Part shown: positions 40,686-48,866 of the stretch, one piece after another
Numbering within the stretch: the stretch's first letter is position 1
How the letters are laid out: every line of letters begins with the position of its first letter
DNA from: Polyangiaceae bacterium
Lineage (GTDB): Bacteria > Myxococcota_A > Polyangia > Polyangiales > Polyangiaceae
Direction of reading: 5' to 3'
DNA length: 64,000 nucleotides
Assembly: GCA_035063585.1 (NCBI GenBank)
Contig: JAPSGB010000015.1
Coordinates: forward strand, 1 to 64,000
Translations under genes and position numbers: made by a program
Notes under the pieces: generated by a model
Told to the model about the DNA's origin: nothing
The model's input: only the letters and a program-made list of their open reading frames with translations
The model's database searches: none

Positions 40686-42698
40686 ATGCGCGCGCGTGCG
40701 CTCGCCAACCCCTTGCTCGCTCTCGCGCTCGCGCTCACGACCACCTCACGCGTCCTGCGGGCGGAGGATGCGCCTCTCGAGAACGACGACTATGGCGCGA
40801 CGGCCACCGTCGAAGCTCCGCGGCACGAGCCCACCCGACGGACGCTCGAGGGGGACGAGCTCGTGACGATCCCCGGCACGCGCGGGGATGCGCTGCGAGC
40901 CATCGAGGTGCTTCCGGGGGTCGGGCGCACGTCGATGAGCTGGGGCGCGCCGATCCTCCGCGGAGCGGGGCCAGACGAGTCGCAAGTCTTCATCGCCGAC
41001 GTGCCCGTCCCAATGCTGTTCCACTTCGGCGGTGTGACGAGCGTGTTCGCGAGCCGGCTGCTCGACCGCGTGGACGTGTACCCCAGCAATTTCTCCGCAC
41101 GTTTCGGCCGCGCGACCGGCGGCGTCATCGACGCGCACGTGCGCGAGCTCCGCCCCGATCGCCTGCACGGCGTCGCCGAGGTCTCGGTCGTCGACTCGTC
41201 GGTGCTCGCGATGGCGCCGCTGGGCTCGCGCGCGGGTGTCGCCCTGGGCGCGCGGCGCAGCAACCTCGACTTCGTCTTCGAGAAGCTCGTGCCGGATGGG
41301 ACGTACTCGGTCGTCGCTGCGCCCGTCTACTACGATTACCAGGCGGTGACTGACGTCCGCGTCGACGATCGGAGCCACCTCCGCGTGCTCGTCTTCGGCG
41401 GCCACGATTCGCTGCGACTGCTCTTCTCGCAGCCGTCGCGGCTCGACCCGGGCCTGAGCGGGCGACTCGAGGCGGACGTCGCGTTCCAGCGCGTTCAGGC
41501 GAGGCTCGACACGAAGGTCGCGCGCGGCCTCTCGCAGAGCGTGTCGCTGACATACGGGCGCTCGGCGATGGGCCAAGTGATCGCGAGCACGTCGCAGCAG
41601 TTCACCGCCCATGAGCTCTACGCGCGCGCGACCTGGAGCGCGCACCCCTCGTCGCGCGGGTCGATCGAGGGAGGGCTCGACCTCGCGGGGCAGCTTCTCG
41701 ACGGCAGCTACGACGGACCGCGCCCGACGGCCGGAGAGGGGGCGCCCTACGGCGACGACCCGCTCGTAACCCAGCGACGGGCGCGGCTCGCCGGGCAGGT
41801 TGGCACCTCGAGCCCAGCGGTCTTCGTCGAGAGCGTGCTCGAGCCGTGGGACGGCACGCGGATCGTCCCCGGGCTGCGCGTAGACTTCTTCTCGCAGCTT
41901 CGGCGCGCGAGCGTCAATCCGCGCGTCTCGTCGCGCGTCGAGGTCGCCGCGGGCACGGTGCTGCTCGGCGGGCTCGGGCTCTACGCGCAGGCGCCGGACT
42001 ACTGGAAGGCGCTGCCCGGCCTCGGTAACCCGACTCTGGCCCCGCAACGCGCGGTGCACGCGACGCTCGGCGTCGAGCGACGGTGGGCGAGCGGGTTCGA
42101 AGCGGGTGTCGCGGGCTTCTACAAGCACCTCTACGACCGCGTCGTCGAGACCTCGGACCGAGCACCTCCGTACTTCGTGAACGCCGGAGTCGGTCGCGTG
42201 TACGGGGCCGAGCTCTCGCTCCGCGCGAAGCCCGACTCGCGCACGAGCGTGTTCGTCGCCTACACCCTCTCGCGCAGCGAGCGGCGCGACCGGAGCGACC
42301 CGTGGCGGCCGTACGATCACGATCAGCCGCACATGCTCTCGATCGCGGCGAGCCGCGCGCTCGGCCGTGGTTGGGAGGTCGGCGCGCGCTTCCGGCTCGT
42401 GAGCGGCGACCCCCTGACGCCGGTGGTCGGGTCGGTCTTCGATGGTACGACGGGCGTATACCGCCCCGTCTACGGTGGCATCGATTCCGCGCGCAACCCG
42501 ACGTTCCACCAGCTCGACGTGCGTGTGGAGAAGCGCTGGCAGCTCGGCGTCGTGACGCTCGCGACGTACCTCGAAGTGCTCAACGCGTACGACGCGAAGA
42601 ACGCCGAGGGGCTGCGATACAGCTACGACTACGCGCGCAGCGAGCCCGTCGTGGGGATGCCCATCCTGCCGAACCTCGGCGTGAGGGGGGAGCTGTGA
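40686..42698 (+). CDS. TonB-dependent receptor (plug plus barrel, no N-terminal extension)
   Basis: GGAGGA RBS, signal peptide, plug IPGTRGDALRAIEVLPGV..ILRG..FGRATGGVI, C-terminal FHQLDVRVEK..LNAY..LGVRGEL. Confidence 0.92.
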   Translation: MRARALANPLLALALALTTTSRVLRAEDAPLENDDYGATATVEAPRHEPTRRTLEGDELVTIPGTRGDALRAIEVLPGVGRTSMSWGAPILRGAGPDESQVFIADVPVPMLFHFGGVTSVFASRLLDRVDVYPSNFSARFGRATGGVIDAHVRELRPDRLHGVAEVSVVDSSVLAMAPLGSRAGVALGARRSNLDFVFEKLVPDGTYSVVAAPVYYDYQAVTDVRVDDRSHLRVLVFGGHDSLRLLFSQPSRLDPGLSGRLEADVAFQRVQARLDTKVARGLSQSVSLTYGRSAMGQVIASTSQQFTAHELYARATWSAHPSSRGSIEGGLDLAGQLLDGSYDGPRPTAGEGAPYGDDPLVTQRRARLAGQVGTSSPAVFVESVLEPWDGTRIVPGLRVDFFSQLRRASVNPRVSSRVEVAAGTVLLGGLGLYAQAPDYWKALPGLGNPTLAPQRAVHATLGVERRWASGFEAGVAGFYKHLYDRVVETSDRAPPYFVNAGVGRVYGAELSLRAKPDSRTSVFVAYTLSRSERRDRSDPWRPYDHDQPHMLSIAASRALGRGWEVGARFRLVSGDPLTPVVGSVFDGTTGVYRPVYGGIDSARNPTFHQLDVRVEKRWQLGVVTLATYLEVLNAYDAKNAEGLRYSYDYARSEPVVGMPILPNLGVRGEL

Positions 42699-43555
42699 CG
42701 AAGGTCGTCGTCGCATCGCTGTGTCTCGCCGCGTGCACCGAGCCGCTCGGGCACGTCGAGCGGATCGAGGGGCCGCGCGTGCTCGCGGCGCGCGCCGAGA
42801 CCGACGCCGACCCCGAACGAGCCACCCCGCGTCCGGGCGAGCCCGCGCGCGTCCGTTGGCTCGTTGCCGATCCGGACGGCACGACTCCGCGCGGCAGTCT
42901 CTTCGACGTGTGCGTCGTCGAGGCCGGTGCGGCGGCGGTCCCCGTCTGCGCCACGCCGCCATTCGCCTCGAACACCTCGTCGCCCACCGCTACGGAGCCG
43001 GAGCTTCGCTTCACCGTGCCCAACGCCGCGACGCTCGGCCAGGCGACGCGGCTCGCGCTCCTGGGGGTCGTGTGCGCGGGGGGCGAGGCGACACGCGCCG
43101 GCGACCGCTACGCGTGCGCCGGCGCGACCGACACGACACGCGTGAGCTTCGACGTGCTCATCGGCGCCGACGCGTTCGAGAACCGCAACCCGGACCTCTC
43201 GGGCACGACGTGGACGCTCGACGGCCGCGCGTGGGGCGCGGGAGCCTGCGGCGGTGACGCGCCGAGCGTCGTCGCCGGCGGCTCTCACGCGGTCGCGATC
43301 GATCTCGGGGCGGCCGCGCGCGAGACGATCAACGACGGGCGTGAGGAGCTGCTCGTCGCGCACTTCGTGACCGGCGGCGAGCTCGCGCGTCCGTACTCGG
43401 CGGTCGCGCCGACCGAGCCGCCACGGGTCCAGCTCGGCTGGGACGCGCCGAGCGCCGACGCCGACGGAGCGCGGGAGGTGCGCCTGTACGCGGTCGTGCG
43501 CGATGGACGAGGCGGAGTGAGCTGGGACATGCGCCGCGTCTGCGTGACGCGCTGA
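42695..43555 (+). CDS. Receptor-associated lipoprotein
   Basis: GTGA overlap with the receptor stop; LAAC lipobox, PRVLAARAE, NRNP, LYAVVRDGRGGVSW. Confidence 0.8.
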   Translation: MTKVVVASLCLAACTEPLGHVERIEGPRVLAARAETDADPERATPRPGEPARVRWLVADPDGTTPRGSLFDVCVVEAGAAAVPVCATPPFASNTSSPTATEPELRFTVPNAATLGQATRLALLGVVCAGGEATRAGDRYACAGATDTTRVSFDVLIGADAFENRNPDLSGTTWTLDGRAWGAGACGGDAPSVVAGGSHAVAIDLGAAARETINDGREELLVAHFVTGGELARPYSAVAPTEPPRVQLGWDAPSADADGAREVRLYAVVRDGRGGVSWDMRRVCVTR

Positions 43556-43568
43556 AGGGAGACTCGCG

Positions 43569-44204
43569 GTGGAGCTCGAAACGCTACTGTCGGTGTTCGC
43601 GCACCTGGGGGCGCGGTGGGTGTTCTGGTTGCTCGTCGCGATGTCGGTCGCCGGCGTCGCGGTCGCGTTCGAGCGTGCGGCGTTCCTGCTCGGAACGAGG
43701 GATGACGTCGGCCGCCTACGGGCCGATGTCGCGCGGTTGCTCGCGCGGGGGGACGTCGAGCTCGCACGGCGAAGGCTCGAGGAGTCGCCCGCCGTCGAGG
43801 CGCGCATCGCCCGCGCGGGGCTGTCGGCCGGGATGGCTGGCGCCGACGAGCGGATGCGCGCCGAGGAGCAGATGGCGCGCCTCGACATGGAGAAGCACCT
43901 GTCGATCCTCGGAACACTCGGCGCGAACGCCCCGTTCGTCGGGCTGCTCGGCACGGTCATCGGCATCATCCGAGCGTTCCGCGAGCTCGAGGCGCACGGC
44001 GGGCTCGTCTCGTCGGGGCTGCTGACGGAGGTAGGCGAAGCGCTCGTCGCGACGGCGGTCGGCCTGCTCGTCGCGCTGCCCGCCATCGCGTTCTTCAACC
44101 TGTTCCAGCGAGTGATCCGCGCGCGGCTGGGGCGCGCACAGGCGCTCGGCTTCGAGGTGCTCGCCTTCCTCGCGGCACGCGCCGACGCGCGGGGGGCGGG
44201 CTGA
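43569..44204 (+). CDS. exbB: MotA/TolQ/ExbB proton channel
   Basis: LGTLGANAPFVGLLGTVIGII and EALVATAVGLLVALPA. Confidence 0.9.
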   Translation: MELETLLSVFAHLGARWVFWLLVAMSVAGVAVAFERAAFLLGTRDDVGRLRADVARLLARGDVELARRRLEESPAVEARIARAGLSAGMAGADERMRAEEQMARLDMEKHLSILGTLGANAPFVGLLGTVIGIIRAFRELEAHGGLVSSGLLTEVGEALVATAVGLLVALPAIAFFNLFQRVIRARLGRAQALGFEVLAFLAARADARGAG

Positions 44205-44205
44205 C

Positions 44206-44619
44206 ATGGCCACGCAAGGCTCTGACGGAAGCGAGCTCATCACGGGCATCAACGTGACGCCGCTCGTAGACGTGATGCTCGTGCTGCTCGTGGTGCTCAT
44301 GGTCACCGCCGGCGCGATCGCGGCGCGGTCGATCCCGGTCGACCTGCCGCGTGGCGCCACCGGCGAGGCGACGCCTCGCTCGCTGGCCATCGTCGTCGAG
44401 GCGAACGGGCGCATGCTCGTCGACGGCGCCCCCGTCGATCCAGACGCGCTGCGCGCTCGCATTCGCCACGAGCGCGCGGTGGACGATGACCTGCTCGTCG
44501 TCGTGTCCGCCGACGGCGCGGCTCCGCACCGCGCGGTCGTCGCAGCGCTAGACACGGTCCGCGCCGAGGGGATCCGACGCCTCGGCATCGACGTGCGGCC
44601 CGATGCGACCGCGCGCTGA
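44206..44619 (+). CDS. exbD: ExbD/TolR biopolymer transport protein
   Basis: INVTPLVDVMLVLLVVLMVTA, VDLP, VSAD. Confidence 0.9.
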   Translation: MATQGSDGSELITGINVTPLVDVMLVLLVVLMVTAGAIAARSIPVDLPRGATGEATPRSLAIVVEANGRMLVDGAPVDPDALRARIRHERAVDDDLLVVVSADGAAPHRAVVAALDTVRAEGIRRLGIDVRPDATAR

Positions 44620-45361
44620 GCGCTCGTCGCACGCCTGGGGGGCGTGGGGTACGCTCGCGAGCGCAGGCGTGCATCTCGCCGCGCTCGCCGTGCTGGCTCG
44701 CCTGCCGGCGCCCCGCGTCGCACCACCCCCGCCGCGGCGGGTCGAGCTCGTGGCGCACGATCCCCCGCGAGCCGAGCCTCCGCCGGCCGCGCCGGAGCCC
44801 GAGCCAGCGGTACGCCCGCCGACGGTACGCCCGCCGACGGTACGCCCGCCGACCGTACGCCCGCCGACGGTACGGCGAGCGCCGGCCGCCCGCGCCGCGC
44901 TCCCGCTCGCGCCCCCCGCGCCGGCAGACGGCCGGCTCGCACCCTCATCGGAGGTCGGCGAGCCGTTCCTTGGCGGATCGGGTAACGACTCGAGCGCCAT
45001 CGATATCGGTTCACCCCCGCCCCCGCCTCGGCCTCCGCCTCGGCCTCCGCCTCCGCCCGTGGTCCCGCTCGCCTCGCTGTCGCGGAAGCCGTCGCCGCCC
45101 ACCCTCGACGCTCGCCTCCGCGCGCACTACCCACCCGACGCGCGCCGCGAAGGGCGCAGCGGGAGCGCGAGGGTCATCGCCCGGATCGATCCGGACGGCG
45201 TCGCACGCGACCTGCGCATCATGTCCGCGAGCGAGCCCGCGTTCGGCGTCGCGTGTCGCGAGACCGTCGCCGGCTCGCGGTGGTCATCACCGATTGGGCC
45301 GGACGGCCAGCCCGTGGCGACCGAGGTTCGCTACCGCTGTCGATTCGAGGTAGAGCGTTGA
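44603..45361 (+). CDS. tonB: Energy transducer TonB
   Basis: TM with SxxxH (SAGVH), Pro-rich linker including a 15-bp VRPPT repeat x4, C-terminal YPPDARREGRSG..IDPDG..RFEV. Confidence 0.88.
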   Translation: MRPRAERSSHAWGAWGTLASAGVHLAALAVLARLPAPRVAPPPPRRVELVAHDPPRAEPPPAAPEPEPAVRPPTVRPPTVRPPTVRPPTVRRAPAARAALPLAPPAPADGRLAPSSEVGEPFLGGSGNDSSAIDIGSPPPPPRPPPRPPPPPVVPLASLSRKPSPPTLDARLRAHYPPDARREGRSGSARVIARIDPDGVARDLRIMSASEPAFGVACRETVAGSRWSSPIGPDGQPVATEVRYRCRFEVER

Positions 45362-45370
45362 CGCGCCGGA

Positions 45371-45396
45371 TGAACGATCGCGCGGGCTGCGGGCAC
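45371..45396 (+). promoter_or_regulatory. Putative ECF promoter TGAACG-N12-GCGGGCAC (copy 2)
   Basis: 12 nt upstream of ATG 45409. Confidence 0.75.
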
Positions 45397-45408
45397 ACTC
45401 GGGCGCCG

Positions 45409-46809
45409 ATGCGAGCCGCCGTCCCGATCCTCCTCCTCGCCCTGTCGCTCGCCACGCGCGCGGGCGCGGCTGATGCGTCGGCCATCTCGATCCGCGTCGA
45501 TGACACCGCGGCGCACCTCGCGGCGGACGACGTCGAGACGGCCATCCGCCGGGAGCTCATCGGGGCGCATGTGCGAGCCGGCGAGCTCACCGTCACCGTG
45601 CACGCGAATCGAACCGCGACACTCACCTTCCGCGGTGGCGACGGACACCCCCTCGAGCGCACGATCGCGCTGCCGGCGACGATGTCGGGCGCGCTCGAGG
45701 CGATCTCTCTCCTCGCGGGCAACCTCGCGCGCGACGAGGCGAGCGAGCTCGTGCCGCACGCGCTCGCACCGCCGGAGTCGAGCGACGCCAAGCCGACACC
45801 ACGCGAGCCCCCGCCGGCGCCGACCGCTCCCGCGCCCGCACCGTCCCCCTCCGCTGCGCGCCCATGGTCGCCCATCGGATTCGCGCTGTTCGACCCGCTC
45901 GCGCTGCCGCGCGACGCGCGCGAGAGGACAATCGCGCTCGAGCTGGGGCTCGCCTACGGCCGCATCGGCCGGCTCGGCGGCGTGGCTCTCGAGCTCGGGT
46001 ACGGTCGCGTCGACGGGGACGTCGACGGCGTGCAGCTCGCCGGCATCTACCAGCGCGCAGACGGTGACACGTCCGGCGCCCGCCTCGCCGGCGTGGGCAA
46101 CGAAGCGGGCGGACGGCTGCGCGGCTTCGAGGCGGCAGGAGTTCTCAACTGGCGGACAGGCGACGTCTATGGCGCGCAGACCTCCGCAGCGATCAATCGC
46201 GCGATCGACGTCTCGGGGGTGCAGGGCGCGGCCGCGGTGAACGTCGCGCGCGATCTCTCGGGTGTGCAGGCGAGCGCCGGCGTCAACGTCGCCAGCGGTG
46301 ACGTCTTCGGTGCGCAGCTCGGCCTGGTCAACGTCGGTGGACACGTGCGCGGCACGCAGATTGGCCTCGTCAACGTCGCCGAGCGCGTCGACGGCCTCCC
46401 GGTCGGCCTCGTGAACGTCGTCGCTCAGGGGCGAACGCAGGCGCTCGCGTGGGTGAGCCAGGGCGCCATGGTGAACGCTGCCGTGAAGTACCTGAACGGT
46501 CCGGCGTACTCGATGATCGTCGGCGCCTACCGTCGAGACGGCACCGTCGACGAGTCCTTCGCCGGGTTCGCGCTCGGCGCTCGCGTGGGCTCCGGACGTC
46601 CGTACGTCGAAGCAGACGTCCTCTATATCTACGGCGGCCCTAGGAGTCTCGACGACGGCGGCCGACACGCCCTCCGTTACCGCGCTCACCTTGGCTTCGA
46701 AGTTACCAAGTTCCTTGCTGTTTTCGCCGGAGGTGCCGCGCGTCAGGAGATCGAGACGAGCGATCGCCATCTGCAGCCTGACTTCCAGGCGGGCGTCGCG
46801 CTATTCTGA
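45409..46809 (+). CDS. Secreted/outer-membrane protein with GxQxGxxN beta-solenoid repeats (LA_2272-like) and C-terminal beta-strands
   Basis: Signal peptide; repeats GVQLAG, GVQASAGVN, GAQLGLVN, GTQIGLVN; terminal Phe (QAGVALF). Confidence 0.75.
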   Translation: MRAAVPILLLALSLATRAGAADASAISIRVDDTAAHLAADDVETAIRRELIGAHVRAGELTVTVHANRTATLTFRGGDGHPLERTIALPATMSGALEAISLLAGNLARDEASELVPHALAPPESSDAKPTPREPPPAPTAPAPAPSPSAARPWSPIGFALFDPLALPRDARERTIALELGLAYGRIGRLGGVALELGYGRVDGDVDGVQLAGIYQRADGDTSGARLAGVGNEAGGRLRGFEAAGVLNWRTGDVYGAQTSAAINRAIDVSGVQGAAAVNVARDLSGVQASAGVNVASGDVFGAQLGLVNVGGHVRGTQIGLVNVAERVDGLPVGLVNVVAQGRTQALAWVSQGAMVNAAVKYLNGPAYSMIVGAYRRDGTVDESFAGFALGARVGSGRPYVEADVLYIYGGPRSLDDGGRHALRYRAHLGFEVTKFLAVFAGGAARQEIETSDRHLQPDFQAGVALF

Positions 46810-46851
46810 CCCATTCTTGCGCGACCCCGGCTCGCCGACGTCCGAAGGCCT

Positions 46852-46877
46852 TGAACGGAACGGGGGCGAGCGGGCAC
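46852..46877 (+). promoter_or_regulatory. Putative ECF promoter TGAACG-N12-GCGGGCAC (copy 3, possibly autoregulatory)
   Basis: 13 nt upstream of the sigma factor ATG 46891. Confidence 0.75.
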
Positions 46878-46890
46878 GAAGCTCCGACCC

Positions 46891-47487
46891 ATGTCGATGA
46901 TGCAGGTGCAGGTGCCCTGTGCAGCCGCTGCCGACGCCGACGCTGACGGCGAGCACGCGCTCCTCGAGCGGCTGGCCCGCGCGGACCCGCAGGCGATCGG
47001 CGCGGCGTACGACCGGCACCACGCTCACCTGCGCGCCTTCGCGCGGCGCCTGCTCGGCGACGCCGCCGCCGCGGAGGATCTCGTGCACGAAGTGTTCATC
47101 ACCCTCCCGCGTGCGATCGCGCGCTTCCGTGGGGGCGCGTGCCTGCGCACGTTCCTCGTCTCCATCGCCGTGAACCACGCGCGCCACCACATCCGTTCGG
47201 CTATCCGACGGCGCGCTGCCGCCGAACGCTTCGCGCTCGAGCCCACGTCCGCCGCCGCCGATCCCGAGCGAGCCACCGCGCGCGCAGAGCTCGCGGACAC
47301 CCTCACCCGCGCGCTCGACGAACTCCCGCTCGCCCAGCGCGTCGCGTTCGTGCTCTGCGAGGTCGAGGAGCGCACCTCGGTCGAGGTCGCGACCATCGTC
47401 GGAGCGCCCGAGGCGACCGTGCGCACACGCCTGTTCCATGCGAAGAAGAAGCTGCGAGCAGCGCTCGAGCAGGAGGGGCTCCGATGA
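46891..47487 (+). CDS. ECF RNA polymerase sigma-70 factor
   Basis: Region 2 AAEDLVHEVF..LRTFLVSIAVN; region 4 LDELP..RVAFVL..EVA..TVRTRLFHAK. Confidence 0.93.
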   Translation: MSMMQVQVPCAAAADADADGEHALLERLARADPQAIGAAYDRHHAHLRAFARRLLGDAAAAEDLVHEVFITLPRAIARFRGGACLRTFLVSIAVNHARHHIRSAIRRRAAAERFALEPTSAAADPERATARAELADTLTRALDELPLAQRVAFVLCEVEERTSVEVATIVGAPEATVRTRLFHAKKKLRAALEQEGLR

Positions 47488-48290
47488 GCGACGATCTGCT
47501 CGAGCGCGCTGCGCGCGCGCTCGCCGACACGGACCCAGCGCCCAGGGACCAGATCGACGCGACGCGTACGCGCATCATGGCGGCACTCCACCACGAGCGC
47601 CGGCGACGTACGACGATCGTCTCGTTTCTCTTGCCGATCGCAGCCGTGCTCGTGGGCTCGACGGCGTGGGCCGCAGCGAACGGGCGGCTGCCCGCGCTCA
47701 GCGCGATTTTCCGTGGTGAGGCGACGCCGGCCGCGCGCGTTCTTCCCCGTTCGAACGCCCCGCATCCGACGACGCGGGCTCCGTCACCCGTGGCGATGCC
47801 CACGTCGGCCGCAGCGCTGACGCAGGCGGTCGAGACGCGCGCTCCAAGCCCCATCGAGACGCCGGCACCGACCGCGACCGCTGCCGCCCCGCGGATCGAA
47901 GCCCCTGCCCCGGGTCGCGCCGACGCGGGCGCTCCGGCCGCGCCTTCCGTGCTGCCCGCCACGACGACCTCTCCGACGCAGACGACCGCGCCCCGACTGG
48001 CCGGGCCGGACGATGGCGACGACCTGTACCGCGCCGCCCACCAAGCGCACTTCGTCGCGCATGACCCCGTGAAGGCGCTCGCCGCATGGGACGCCTACCT
48101 CGCCGTCGCCCCGCGCGGACGCTTCGTGCCCGAGGCGCGCTACAATCGGGGGCTAGCGCTCGTTCGCCTCGGGCGCATGGCCGAGGCGCGCGCGGCGCTC
48201 GAGCCGTTCGCGCGTGGCGCCTACGGCACCTACCGGAGCGACGAGGCGCAGAGGCTGCTCGACGGCCTGTCGCCAAGAGAGACCCAGTAG
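47484..48290 (+). CDS. Putative single-TM anti-sigma factor with C-terminal TPR-like domain
   Basis: ATGA overlap with the sigma gene; short N-domain, TM, Pro/Thr/Ala linker, ALAAWDAYL..PRGRFVPEARYNRGLALVRLGR..EAR. Confidence 0.75.
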   Translation: MSDDLLERAARALADTDPAPRDQIDATRTRIMAALHHERRRRTTIVSFLLPIAAVLVGSTAWAAANGRLPALSAIFRGEATPAARVLPRSNAPHPTTRAPSPVAMPTSAAALTQAVETRAPSPIETPAPTATAAAPRIEAPAPGRADAGAPAAPSVLPATTTSPTQTTAPRLAGPDDGDDLYRAAHQAHFVAHDPVKALAAWDAYLAVAPRGRFVPEARYNRGLALVRLGRMAEARAALEPFARGAYGTYRSDEAQRLLDGLSPRETQ

Positions 48291-48339
48291 CCGAAGGCGC
48301 TCGAGCCTCGTCGATCCGTCGACGAACCTCTCCCTCTGG

Positions 48340-48817
48340 CGTCGAGAAGGCCCGCGCCTCCCCGCCCCGGAAGAGCGTGGTCTTCCGGACCCCACCCCAC
48401 GCGGTGCTCGACTTCGTCGCCGACGACGCGGACGTGGGGCGCGTACGGCAGGCGCTCGTCCCGATCTTCGATCAGTTCAGCGTCGATCTCGTCATCGGCG
48501 GGCACGATCACGGCTACGAGCGGAGCAAGCCGCTCCGCGGGCCCGCCGAGAACCCGATGGTCGAGTCGTCGTCCTCGATGGGCACGATCTACGTCGTCTC
48601 CGCCGGCGCCGGCGCGGATCCCCACTCGCCCGGCAGCGACCGGGCGCCCTACCGCGAGATGAGCGCCGCCTTCGGGGGATCCACCGGCTACGCCGGGCTC
48701 TGCACGCTCCTCCGCCTCGACGGTACGACCCCCACCGTCACGACCCACGGGCTCGAGGCGAGCTCGTCGAACGTGCTGGCCGACGGGGTGATCGACTCGT
48801 TCACGGCTACGCGCTGA
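48340..48817 (+). pseudogene. C-terminal fragment of a metallophosphoesterase (purple-acid-phosphatase-like)
   Basis: VDLVIGGHDHGYERS and GTIYVVSAGAG present; N-terminal motifs missing. Confidence 0.75.
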
Positions 48818-48866
48818 CCTCGTGGAGAGCCTTCGCCGTTCGCGACGACGACGGGCCCGAACTTGC

